The translations under genes were made by a program, and so were the position numbers. The notes under the pieces were generated by a model. The model searched no databases and had not been told where the DNA came from. It saw only the letters and a program-made list of their open reading frames with translations. From Gammaproteobacteria bacterium (GTDB taxonomy: Bacteria; Pseudomonadota; Gammaproteobacteria; Ga0077536): a stretch of DNA of 64,000 nt. Of this stretch, positions 19,742 through 29,278 are shown one piece after another (the stretch's first letter is position 1; every line of letters starts with the position of its first letter). Location: assembly GCA_963662545.2 (NCBI GenBank), contig CAXXLL010000003.1, positions 2,240,001 through 2,304,000 on the forward strand, in the 5' to 3' direction.

Positions 19742-20188
19742 ATGAAACCACAGGTTCAAGAAGAATACGTCCAAATCGAGGCTCTCGAATGGCAAGCTTT
19801 TCCAGCAGAATTTTCCGCCGGCGGCATTCGCTGGAAACTTCTCCACGTGTCACCCGAGGTCGGTGCCTGGACTGCGATCTTCGATTGTCCCCAAGGTTCG
19901 TCGTTCTCGGCCCATATCCACGTTGGGCCGGGCGAGTATCTATTGACCAAGGGCAAGATGGAGGTTCGGGGCGGCGTTGAAGAAGGGGGCGCCACAGCGC
20001 TGTCCACCGGTTATGGCTACGAGTCCTGCAACGCACGGCATGACAAGACGTATTTCCCGGAAGCAAGCGAATTCTACATGACCTTCATGGGCCCCTTGCA
20101 GTTCATCCACGAAGATGGCAGCCCGCGCGCCATCGTCGGATGGGAACAAGCCCAGGCTTTGTGGGCCACGCAGACCGGCGCAGCCTGA
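19742..20188 (+). CDS. dke1: Acetylacetone-cleaving dioxygenase (Dke1-type cupin)
   Basis: HIHxGPGEYxLTKGKMEVRGG and FYMTFxGPL match Acinetobacter Dke1 as I recall it; 3-His metal site. Confidence 0.88.
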   Translation: MKPQVQEEYVQIEALEWQAFPAEFSAGGIRWKLLHVSPEVGAWTAIFDCPQGSSFSAHIHVGPGEYLLTKGKMEVRGGVEEGGATALSTGYGYESCNARHDKTYFPEASEFYMTFMGPLQFIHEDGSPRAIVGWEQAQALWATQTGAA

Positions 20189-20214
20189 CACAATAATCTT
20201 CCGCACGGACTCCG

Positions 20215-20289
20215 GGCGCGCCTGGCGCGCCGCTGGACTCGCTGGTGCCGCAGCGCGCACGCGAGGTCGCGCAGATGCGGATTTGCGAG
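20215..20289 (+). pseudogene. Diverged internal fragment of the bisphosphate nucleotidase gene
   Basis: 75 nt aligns ungapped with 19021-19095, 9 mismatches, 6 of them synonymous. Confidence 0.8.
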
Positions 20290-20321
20290 AGAGTTATTCG
20301 CGTTTTTGGATGCGCCCTAAC

Positions 20322-20590
20322 TAGAACCTTTCTCGAAATTATTCGCATACGCGTTGCCCCTGAAAACGGCGATGACAAGGCGCCGCGCGCAGGGCATAGT
20401 GGTTCTATGTTCAAGCGCTGCAACGCAGTCAGCGCCGTTTTAAGAGGGCAACCCTCGGGCCGGTAGCTATTTTCGCGCATTTCGGCGTTGCTCGTCGCTC
20501 ATTTAGCGGTGCCAAACCACACTCCTCGCGCCTTGAACTGCGCGAAAATAGTTGCCGGCGCGTATGCGAATAATTTCGAGATAGGTTCTA
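20322..20590. mobile_element. About 269-bp MITE (family B)
   Basis: 32-bp TIR TAGAACCTTTCTCGAAATTATTCGCATACGCG / CGCGTATGCGAATAATTTCGAGATAGGTTCTA, 1 mismatch. Confidence 0.8.
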
Positions 20591-20614
20591 AACCCTATCT
20601 CGAAATCATCCGTA

Positions 20615-22828
20615 CTACGCAGTGGCAGCCAGGGTCGCCGTGCTGGTGCTCAGCTCGTCCAGAGGAAAGGGCTTGCCGATGCCATATCCTTGACCGTAGT
20701 CGACACCCAGTTCCGCGAGAACTTCGAATACGTCGTTGCTCTCGACGAATTCGGCGATCGTTTTCTTGCCCATGACCTTACCGATGTCGTTGATCGACTT
20801 GACCAGCGCCCGGTCGATTGGATCGGTGTCGATGCCGCGCACGAACATGCCGTCGATCTTTAAATAATCGACCGGCAGACTCTTCAGGTAGGCGAACGAC
20901 GACAGACCGCTGCCGAAATCATCGAGCGCGAACAGGCAACCCAGTTCCTTGAGCGTCGAAATAAATCTTGTCGCCTGCGAAAGATTCGAGATCACGGCAG
21001 TTTCCGTTATCTCGAAGCAAATCTTCTCGCTGGAGACTTGGGATTGTTCCAGCAAATCGATCACGTAACCCAAGAACGATTCGTCCGCCAGTGTCAATCC
21101 CGAAAGATTGACCGAACACATGTTGATCCGATCGGCAACGTCACGATTGAGCGCCAACCATTCGAGCAGTGACGATAACACCCACCGATCGATACGCGTG
21201 GCGAGGTTGTAACGTTCCGCAGCGGGCAGAAAAGCGCCCGGCGGGATCTCACTGCCGTCCGGGTCGACCATGCGAATCAATGCCTCGTAGTGCTCGTAGG
21301 GCGACTTCGTTAAACGGACCGGTACAATTGGCTGAACGTAAAGTCGAAACCGGTCCGCTTCGAGCGCCGCCTGGATCTTGGTGACCCACTGCATCTCGCC
21401 ATGGCGCTTGGCCAGTTCCTGATCTTCGCGGAGGAACAGATGAACGCGGTTCCGGCCCATGTCCTTGGCCGCGTAGCACGCCGTGTCGGCCTGCTGGAGC
21501 ACTTCCATGATGCTCGAGGAATTCTCGTTGATCGGCACTACCCCGATGCTGACACCGACGCGGAAGCGCTTATCGTCCCACACAAATTGAAACTCCTCGA
21601 TCGCCTCGCGCAGAGTTTCCGCAACGCGCTGGCTTTGCGTCAAAGGGCATCCCTCCATCAGGAGCCCGAATTCGTCACCGCCCAGACGAGCGATGGTGTC
21701 ATTGCTTCTGACCTTGCTGCGTAAAAGGTTCGCAATCTGCCGCAGGAGTTCGTCTCCTGCAACATGCCCACAGGTATCGTTGATTACTTTAAATTGATCG
21801 AGGTCGAGATAACAGATCGCATGCTCCTGCTGATCGTGCAACGCACTTTCGAGCGCGGACTCGATCCGGTTTTCGAATTCGCGACGGTTGACCAGACCGG
21901 TCAAGGAGTCGTGCGTTGCCTGGAAAGACAGTTCCTTCGAGAGCTGATGGGCTTCGGTGATGTCGATGACCTGAACGACCGCGTGCTCGTAGTGATTGTG
22001 ATCGTCGCGCGTCGCCGTGGCGTGGCACAAGGCCCAGATCACGCGGCCGTCCTTGTGGAGATAACGCTTTTCAATTTGATAGCGATCGATTTCGCCGGCC
22101 TGCATGCGGCGGTATTGATCTGTCCCTAGGTCGCGATCGTCGGTGTGTGTCAGGTCGACCAGCGGAACCCCTTCGAGTTCTGCGGGTTCATAGCCAAGCA
22201 TCGAACTGAACGCCCGATTGACCTGGAGGAAAGTGCGATCGTCATGGAGCATAAACATACCGATCGCTGCGCTGTCGAACGTACTCTTAAAGCCTTGCTC
22301 GCTGCGAACCAACAACTCTTCTGTTTTAATCCGCTCCGCAATTTCGTTTAGCAGTTCGAGATCGCGGTGTTCGAGCTTCCGGGTGCGTCGTGCGACTTTC
22401 TCTTCGAGTCGCTTCTCGCGTCGTTCGACCTCGGCCAACATTAAGTCGAAGTCGGAAGCGAAGCGGCCCAGGATACCCCCGCCACCTATCTCTGAACGCA
22501 GCGAGTAATCGCCCGTTTCCCGAACGAGCTGCGCGACTGCGGACAGCATCTTGATGGGTTGGCATATCGTCCTGACGAACCACTGCGATAAGAACAGGGC
22601 CGCGCCAAGTGATACCAGAACGATGAGGGTGAACATCGGAGCGTAATACGCAAATCTCTGGCCGAGTTCAGCGTCCCTGGCGAATAGGGTGATAGATCCG
22701 AAGGTTTCGCCGCCCACATATACCATCTCTGTGAGCGCGATCAGGACACAGGCGATCAGCAACGCGACCGCGGTCATCGTCAGAATAATCGTCCTCAGCA
22801 TGCGTTTGATGGAGACCGAATAGAGCAC
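20615..22828 (-). CDS. Membrane HAMP-PAS-GGDEF-EAL c-di-GMP enzyme
   Basis: Intact RLGGDEF, YEALIR and DDFGSG motifs; PAS segment; two TM helices. Confidence 0.93.
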   Translation of the reverse strand: MLYSVSIKRMLRTIILTMTAVALLIACVLIALTEMVYVGGETFGSITLFARDAELGQRFAYYAPMFTLIVLVSLGAALFLSQWFVRTICQPIKMLSAVAQLVRETGDYSLRSEIGGGGILGRFASDFDLMLAEVERREKRLEEKVARRTRKLEHRDLELLNEIAERIKTEELLVRSEQGFKSTFDSAAIGMFMLHDDRTFLQVNRAFSSMLGYEPAELEGVPLVDLTHTDDRDLGTDQYRRMQAGEIDRYQIEKRYLHKDGRVIWALCHATATRDDHNHYEHAVVQVIDITEAHQLSKELSFQATHDSLTGLVNRREFENRIESALESALHDQQEHAICYLDLDQFKVINDTCGHVAGDELLRQIANLLRSKVRSNDTIARLGGDEFGLLMEGCPLTQSQRVAETLREAIEEFQFVWDDKRFRVGVSIGVVPINENSSSIMEVLQQADTACYAAKDMGRNRVHLFLREDQELAKRHGEMQWVTKIQAALEADRFRLYVQPIVPVRLTKSPYEHYEALIRMVDPDGSEIPPGAFLPAAERYNLATRIDRWVLSSLLEWLALNRDVADRINMCSVNLSGLTLADESFLGYVIDLLEQSQVSSEKICFEITETAVISNLSQATRFISTLKELGCLFALDDFGSGLSSFAYLKSLPVDYLKIDGMFVRGIDTDPIDRALVKSINDIGKVMGKKTIAEFVESNDVFEVLAELGVDYGQGYGIGKPFPLDELSTSTATLAATA

Positions 22829-22862
22829 TGTCCTCGCGCCGTTACCTGCGTTCTCACGGAGG

Positions 22863-22889
22863 GTATCGGCCGCCGGCCCGGGAAATTGA
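22863..22889 (-). promoter_or_regulatory. Sigma28 (FliA)-type promoter of the GGDEF/EAL gene
   Basis: Minus strand reads TCAA-N15-GCCGATAC against the consensus TAAA-N15-GCCGATAA. Confidence 0.65.
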
Positions 22890-22980
22890 GCATTGTTATC
22901 TCATTGAAATTTTGACGAATCCGCTCTGTAGCTTGGTGTCACTGTGGTAGAAAATGCCCTTTCCGGACGAGGCCTAGCTA

Positions 22981-24677
22981 GTGTCCGTCCATAAACAGGC
23001 ATTTTCTTCGATGGGCACGGAGAAATCGAGGTGTTGAAAGTAGGTTGTTGGAGCGGTAGCGGCGGTTCGGTGGGGGTCGAAGGGCTCTTCGAGCGTAATT
23101 GTGAGTACGTTCGCCGGCCGCAGAGCGCTGCAACCCAAAGTCGCCCGTTCGACGATATCGAGGAGGTCAGTTAGTGCGAGTGAACGTCGCTATTCGAGTT
23201 GATAGCGCGCGAGCAGGCTGAGGTTGTAGGCGACCACAGAAGACCACACGTAGGCTTCGAAGTGCGGCAGGCTCTTCCAGGTGCAACGTGCCAATCCGTA
23301 TGCACGCTTCAGGCAGGAGATACCGGCCTCGATGCCGGCGCGGAAGTTGCGCAAGCGTCGATAGACCCACTGACTCTTGACCATGTCGGCGATCGCGAGC
23401 CCGCGCTTCTTGTGGAAGGCAACGTCTTCGATGCCTTCTGCTTTCGCCGCCCGGAGATTGTCGAGGCTCGCATAGCCGCCATCGGCGGCGACCTGTCGTG
23501 GCATCGTCCCGTAGTGTGTTCGATGCCGTTCGAGCATCGGCATGAAGCGCTGACTATCGACCGGATTGCCTCGCTCGATGACCACGTCGAGGATGAGGCC
23601 ACTGCGCCCCGAAGCCAGATTGATTTTGTGTCCGTACTGAACGTCGCGCGCACCCTTTATGATGATGTCGGTATGCGGCTCGAACAAGCTCACGCACTTC
23701 TCGCTCGCGGGGACCTTCTCACCGCCGAACACCCGCCGCTCAGTTTGCGAAATCACCTGCAGAACAAGTGTTTCGTAGTGCGCTACCTGCGCTAGCCAGT
23801 CCGGCAGTTCAACGCCGGTGACGCCCGGGCTCAGCAGCTGCTCACGTACCCTCGCTACCGCTTCCAAGGTTGAACGCGTCGCCCCAATCAAATCGCGATA
23901 CAGACGTTGGCGTTGCTTCGCACCACGCGCATACCACAGCGCCCGCGCACGCTTCTTCGCCAATCGAGTGTGGTTCACGAAGCACAACTCCGGCGCGCCA
24001 GGCAACTCGCGCGCCTGTGCGAGCAGACGAACCACAACACGCACGCCATCCCACAGCAGATGACTGTCGCTCGGCGCGTGGATGGCACTGTCCGTTACCG
24101 TGCTATCAATCCGTACACGCTGTGCCGGCTCAATGCGCGTCTCTTTCGCCGTCGCCAGCAGGGCGCGATGAATAGACTCCCACGTCGATACCTGGATCGC
24201 CGAGACCACCCGCTGTAAGGCAGACTTCTTCGGACGTTCATTACCCGGCAACCGGGCGAAGGCCTGAAAGCTCGCCGAGTCCTGCAGGTGAAAGGCCAGC
24301 TCCTCGTAACTCAATTGCCGGTGCTGCTTGAGCACCGCGCAGCGCAGCACCGACTCCGCCGACAGTCCGCGTCGACCGGTGGGCTTCAAACCCCGCCGAC
24401 ACAGATCGTTCATGACCGGCGTGAGGACCTTGGGGTGAGCATCGAGCCACTCGGACATGCCCTGCAGCTCTCGCCCCAGGTCATGGTCAGCAAACAGCTC
24501 GTATATACTCGCTTGGGCCGTGCGTTTCTGACGCATTCCCCCTCCTGTGGTGTCGATGATTGTGTGGAAAATCAGAGGTTTGAAGTTCCATTAGATCACG
24601 ACCCACCGGAGGTTTCGATCCCTTAAGCGACAAATTTTCCTTTTTATTTCAACCGCATCGCGTTTAGGGATGCACAC
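22981..24677 (-). mobile_element. ISNCY/IS5-like insertion sequence, copy 2 (1697 bp, intact)
   Basis: Same IRs as copy 1; target duplication TAGCTA (22975-22980 and 24678-24683). Confidence 0.92.
23190..24536 (-). CDS. ISNCY family DDE transposase
   Basis: RIDST, ADGGY and FRAGIEAGIS motifs; 448 aa; bounded by IRs. Confidence 0.92.
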   Translation of the reverse strand: MRQKRTAQASIYELFADHDLGRELQGMSEWLDAHPKVLTPVMNDLCRRGLKPTGRRGLSAESVLRCAVLKQHRQLSYEELAFHLQDSASFQAFARLPGNERPKKSALQRVVSAIQVSTWESIHRALLATAKETRIEPAQRVRIDSTVTDSAIHAPSDSHLLWDGVRVVVRLLAQARELPGAPELCFVNHTRLAKKRARALWYARGAKQRQRLYRDLIGATRSTLEAVARVREQLLSPGVTGVELPDWLAQVAHYETLVLQVISQTERRVFGGEKVPASEKCVSLFEPHTDIIIKGARDVQYGHKINLASGRSGLILDVVIERGNPVDSQRFMPMLERHRTHYGTMPRQVAADGGYASLDNLRAAKAEGIEDVAFHKKRGLAIADMVKSQWVYRRLRNFRAGIEAGISCLKRAYGLARCTWKSLPHFEAYVWSSVVAYNLSLLARYQLE

Positions 24678-24697
24678 TAGCTAAGTCCGACAGGCTG

Positions 24698-26152
24698 CTA
24701 GCTGAAATCGAATTCTTCGAACTTCGGTGCCTTCATATCTGCCTCAAAGCGCTCGAACGACCACGGCCAGGTGACCGGATTGCCGTTCTTGTCCAGGTAC
24801 CAGCTTTTGCATCCCGAAACCCAGACCGTGTTCTTCATCGCTGCATGGAGCTCCTCGTTAAATCGCGCCGTAGCCTCGGCCTTGGGGGCAAATGCCCGGC
24901 ACTGTCCTGACCGCACCCGATCGATCAGCTGCAGTATGTAATTCACCTGCAGCTCGGCGACCAGGATCAGGGAGAAATTTCCGATCGGACTATTGGGGCC
25001 GATCAGCACGAAAAAATTGGGGAACCCGGGCAGCGTCACGCAGCGGTGCGCGACGACGCCCTCGGCCCAGATTTCATTCAAGGTCACGCCGTCGATGCCC
25101 GTGATCTCCATCGGACGCATGAACCGATGTCCGTCGAATCCGGTGGCGAGAACCAGCACGTCGAGTTCGTGCAGCACCTGATCGTTAGTGCGTACTCCGG
25201 AGGCTTCGATCCGCTCGATGTTCGCCGTCACGAGTCGAGCATTCGGTTTCTGGATGGCGGGGTAGAACGTGTCGGACATGATCAACCGTTTGCAGGCGAC
25301 CTGGTAGTTCGGTGTCAGCTTACGCTTGAGATCGGGATCGGCGATGTTCTCTTCGAGGTTCGCCTCGCAGCGCTCCTCGATCCGCCGCATCTGCCGCGCG
25401 TCACCAATGACAGCCCGCGCGAAGGTGTGGTTGAACTGACCTTCGAAGTTTTGATAGATCTCGACCAGGCGATCGGGCTCCCGGCGGAAAGCGGCTTTTT
25501 CCTCTTCACTGAACGGCGGATTGGCCAGCGGCAAGATCCACTGCGCGGTCCGTTGGAAGAGCGAGAGGCGGTCAACGCGATCGATGATGGCCGGTACGAT
25601 TTGGATCGCGGTCGACCCCGTCCCGATGATCCCGACCCGTCGTCCATCGAGCGAAACGCTGTGATCCCAGCGGGCCGTGTGGAATGAGGGGCCCTTGAAA
25701 CCGTCAAGACCCTCGATGCCCGGGATCACCGGGTGATGGAGGACGCCAGTCGCGGCGATCACGATATCCGCCGCGTGCTGTTCCCCGTCCGCAAAACTCA
25801 ATGCCCAACGTTGATCGCGGAATTCGGCCCGCGTTACTTCTTTGTCGTAGCGAATGTAAGACTCGACTCCGTACTTCTGCGCAACGCGGTCGAAATAGGC
25901 GTAGATCTCGGGGCCGGGCGAGAACATGTGACTCCAATCGGGATTGGGTTCGAAGGAATAGACGTAATGATGCGAGGGCACGTCACAGGACAGCCCCGGG
26001 TAGGTGTTCTCGCGCCACGTCCCACCGAGCCGGTCTGCCTTCTCGTAGATGACGAACCGATTGAAACCCGCATCGAGCAGTCGGATCGCCGTCAGAATGC
26101 CGGACATACCGGCGCCGATGACCGCGATTTCGAGATCGGAGCTAGCCCGCAA
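24698..26152 (-). CDS. Flavin-containing (Baeyer-Villiger type) monooxygenase
   Basis: GAGMSG, GGTWRENTYPG..CDVPS, FxGxxFHTARW fingerprint, GTGSTAIQ. Confidence 0.92.
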   Translation of the reverse strand: MRASSDLEIAVIGAGMSGILTAIRLLDAGFNRFVIYEKADRLGGTWRENTYPGLSCDVPSHHYVYSFEPNPDWSHMFSPGPEIYAYFDRVAQKYGVESYIRYDKEVTRAEFRDQRWALSFADGEQHAADIVIAATGVLHHPVIPGIEGLDGFKGPSFHTARWDHSVSLDGRRVGIIGTGSTAIQIVPAIIDRVDRLSLFQRTAQWILPLANPPFSEEEKAAFRREPDRLVEIYQNFEGQFNHTFARAVIGDARQMRRIEERCEANLEENIADPDLKRKLTPNYQVACKRLIMSDTFYPAIQKPNARLVTANIERIEASGVRTNDQVLHELDVLVLATGFDGHRFMRPMEITGIDGVTLNEIWAEGVVAHRCVTLPGFPNFFVLIGPNSPIGNFSLILVAELQVNYILQLIDRVRSGQCRAFAPKAEATARFNEELHAAMKNTVWVSGCKSWYLDKNGNPVTWPWSFERFEADMKAPKFEEFDFS

Positions 26153-26322
26153 CGCTCAACAGCCTTCTACTACGGCAGCCCAATGGATCATGTTGGTTCA
26201 ATGGCATAATGTTTCCATGTACGTTTGGTGCATGATCCCAGTGCTCGAACCGGGCCATGCCCGGTGAAGTTCATCAACTTGGATTCCAGGCGGGTATTCC
26301 TTTTGCTTCCACGCTCAACTAA

Positions 26323-26484
26323 GGATCCTCTGAATAAGTCATGGCGCGTCTGAATTGTTCATGAAATGGCGCAGATCAAGGCACGAATCGCAGACCATAG
26401 CGGGGACTATGGGCAAGGTTCGTAACGCCGAGCTGCACCATTTCATGGGCAAGGCAGATGGGCCATGACTTATTCAGAGGTTCC
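26323..26484 (-). mobile_element. 162-bp MITE (family A), copy 3, inverted
   Basis: TIRs GGATCCTCTGAATAAGT / ACTTATTCAGAGGTTCC; CTAA duplicated; central interior is the reverse complement of copy 1. Confidence 0.85.
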
Positions 26485-26506
26485 CTAAAGTTCGCGGAGA
26501 AATGAC

Positions 26507-27472
26507 ATGGCATTCACTGCCGATTTCGAAAAATTCAAATTCCCTGAGAGCGCATTCGAAGGCAAGCGAGTGCTCATCACCGGCTCCGGCAAGGACGGCG
26601 GCATCGGGCAGGCGCTGGCCCTCGCCGCCGCAGAAAACGGCGCGCGGGTCGTCGGCGTGCATTTTAACAGCAGTTACCGCGACGGATTCGATCTCGTCGA
26701 TGCAATAGTCGCACGCGGCACCGAGGCTTTCGCGATGCAGGCCGACGTAACCAATACACGCGACCTTTGGGCTTCGCGCAGTTATGTCGTGGCGCAGATG
26801 GACGGCAAGGGGCCGGATATCGTCATCTGTAACTCGGGCCTGACGGAGAAAGGCTACCGCTTCGGCCGCGCCCTGCCCGAGATCGAGGGCGAAAGCAAAC
26901 GCGAACGGCGCGCACGGGTACGGCGTGACTTCATTGACAATCTGGCGGATTCGAATCGTGTTCTCGATACCAAGATCGACGGTTTCGTCGCGATGACGCA
27001 TCTATGGGCGGGCGAGGCCGTCTATCACCAGCAGCCCGTCCACTTCGTCTACATCTCGTCCATGCAGGCGCTCGAGCCCGGCGTTGCGGTGCCCGGTTAC
27101 GTCGTCGCCAACTGGGCGGTATTACGCCTGCCGGAGGTGTTGCGCGTCAATCTCGGGCGTGCGTCCGATATGGCCAGTGCCTGCTGCATCATGCTGCCCT
27201 TTGTGCGCACGGGGATGACGCAGGCATATGCCGACAACCCGAAAGTCTTCGGGCGCTGGCAGCCGCGCATGCTCGAACCTTTCGAAGCGGCGCGCGGGGT
27301 GAATCAGTTGCTTGCGCGTCCGGGGGCTGATCTCAACCTCGGACATTTTAAGCTCGGTGTCGGCGGTACAGCCGAAGAGCTCTCGCTCAATTGGTCGCAG
27401 ATCAAGCTCGAAGTCAACGAGGAGGCGCTGGACTGGAGCGACGCCGCACCGATCGTTAGCAAACTCGGGTAG
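26507..27472 (+). CDS. Atypical SDR family oxidoreductase
   Basis: ITGSGKDGGIG Rossmann loop, CNSG, YISS; the YxxxK motif reads YVVAN. Confidence 0.75.
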   Translation: MAFTADFEKFKFPESAFEGKRVLITGSGKDGGIGQALALAAAENGARVVGVHFNSSYRDGFDLVDAIVARGTEAFAMQADVTNTRDLWASRSYVVAQMDGKGPDIVICNSGLTEKGYRFGRALPEIEGESKRERRARVRRDFIDNLADSNRVLDTKIDGFVAMTHLWAGEAVYHQQPVHFVYISSMQALEPGVAVPGYVVANWAVLRLPEVLRVNLGRASDMASACCIMLPFVRTGMTQAYADNPKVFGRWQPRMLEPFEAARGVNQLLARPGADLNLGHFKLGVGGTAEELSLNWSQIKLEVNEEALDWSDAAPIVSKLG

Positions 27473-27552
27473 ACGGGCCCAGTTGATAAGCAAGAAAGCC
27501 GGGCTGCGGCCGGATAAACAGCCGCTGGGGACCGAATCAGTTCAGAGCGCCG

Positions 27553-28962
27553 ATGACCAACGAGGAGATCTGCTTCAAGCCGGCTCTGGAACTGGCGCGG
27601 CTGGTGCGCGAAAAAGCGCTGTCGCCGGTCGAGATCACCAATGCCTTCCTCGATCGCATCGAAGCACTCGACCCGCGTCTCAACGCCTACCTGACGGTGG
27701 CGGGTGATTACGCCCGCGAGGCCGCCCGTCGGGCCGAGCAGGCGATCGCCACGGGAAATCCGCTCGGTCCGCTGCACGGCGTGCCTTTCTCCATCAAGGA
27801 TCTCGTATTCACCGCTGGCGTTCGCACCACGGGTGGGTCACGGATCTATGAGGACTTCGTACCGGATTACGATTCTATCGTCGTCAAACGCTTGAAGGGG
27901 GCCGGCGGTATCCTCCTGGGCAAGACCAGCACGCCTGAATTCGGGCACAAGGGCACGACTGAAAACCTGATCATCGGCGATACCCACAATCCGTGGGCGC
28001 TCGACAAGACGCCCGGCGGGTCGAGCGGCGGCGCGGGCGCCGCAACGGCTGCGGGTATGTCTCCGTTGTCGATCGGGACGGACGCCGGCGGTTCCATTCG
28101 CATCCCGGCGAGTTTCAACGGCGTGTTCGGTTTCAAACCGACCTTCGGGCGCATCCCGGACTTTCCAGGATTCGGCGGCGGACGGACGCTTGCCCATACC
28201 GGGCCGATGACCCGCACGGTCGCCGATGCCGCGCTCATGCTCGACGTGATCGCACATCCCGCGGAAGCGGCGCGATCGAGCCTGCCGGACCATGAGACGA
28301 CCTACCTCGCGTCCATCGGCGCGATACCGGATAGCTTGCGAGTGGGTTTCAGTCCCGACCTCGGGTACGCACCGGTGGAAGCGGAGATCGCTGACATCGT
28401 CCGCCGGGCCGTCAATGCGTTCGCTGACATCGGATGGACCGTTGAGAAATCGCATCCCGGTTTCGACGACCCGCACGAGATTTTCAATACCGTGATACGA
28501 GCCGAAAACTACGCCGTTGCCAGGCCACTGCTGGAACGACACGCCGACCTGCTCGATCCCGGTATGCGCGCGTTCACCGAAAACGGCGCCACGGTGACCG
28601 CGAGGGATTATCTACTCGCGCAGGTGGAGCGCGATCGGATCGCAGGCACGCTGGCAGATTATTTCGATCGTTACGACGTGCTGGTCACACCGACGCTGGC
28701 CGTGCCGCCGTTCGAGATCCATAGCCGCCCGCAGCAAATCGCGGGGCGGGACATCCACGGCGTAAGCTGGCTCGCTTTCACCTATCCATTCAACCTGACG
28801 GGCAATCCGGCGGCGAGCGTGCCCTGCGGTTTCACGCGGGACGGTTTACCCGTGGGCATGCAGGTGGTGGGTCCGCGCCATGCCGACGCCCTGGTTCTCA
28901 AAGTCTGCGCTGCCTTCGAGCAGGCGCGGCCGTGGATCGACCACCGACCGGGCATGACCTAA
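27553..28962 (+). CDS. Amidase signature family protein
   Basis: GVPFSIKD, PGGSSGG, GTDAGGSIRIPAS. Confidence 0.93.
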   Translation: MTNEEICFKPALELARLVREKALSPVEITNAFLDRIEALDPRLNAYLTVAGDYAREAARRAEQAIATGNPLGPLHGVPFSIKDLVFTAGVRTTGGSRIYEDFVPDYDSIVVKRLKGAGGILLGKTSTPEFGHKGTTENLIIGDTHNPWALDKTPGGSSGGAGAATAAGMSPLSIGTDAGGSIRIPASFNGVFGFKPTFGRIPDFPGFGGGRTLAHTGPMTRTVADAALMLDVIAHPAEAARSSLPDHETTYLASIGAIPDSLRVGFSPDLGYAPVEAEIADIVRRAVNAFADIGWTVEKSHPGFDDPHEIFNTVIRAENYAVARPLLERHADLLDPGMRAFTENGATVTARDYLLAQVERDRIAGTLADYFDRYDVLVTPTLAVPPFEIHSRPQQIAGRDIHGVSWLAFTYPFNLTGNPAASVPCGFTRDGLPVGMQVVGPRHADALVLKVCAAFEQARPWIDHRPGMT

Positions 28963-28995
28963 GCAGACTGAACTTTGCAGTGATTAAAGTATCTG

Positions 28996-29154
28996 GTATG
29001 CCGTTCCGCAAATAGGTTTCATAAGACGCGCACGAATTTTTGCACCTGGCAACGCGTTAAGACGCCTTGCAGCGGACCCTATACAAGGACGAGCAAGGCA
29101 GCTAGGGGTAAAAAGAACCAGTGAGTCGTGGAACCTAAATGCGGTACGGCACAC
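28996..29154. mobile_element. About 159-bp degenerate MITE (family C)
   Basis: Imperfect 27-bp TIR GTATGCCGTTCCGCAAATAGGTTTCAT / GTGGAACCTAAATGCGGTACGGCACAC. Confidence 0.55.
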
Positions 29155-29278
29155 TAAGCATTACGCACGGATCATTCTTTGATTCGGCCCGACGGGCACT
29201 CGTTCGCGGGAATCCGGTCGCTCGCGGATTCGAGGGCCGCGCACTTCGTTCGACGAGCCCAAACCGACGGAAAACGAT

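Noticed and set aside
10552-20289. Short gene copies as diversity-generating retroelement template/variable repeats
   Set aside because: Mismatches are not confined to adenines and are largely synonymous, the matching regions are mid-gene, and there is no reverse transcriptase in the window.
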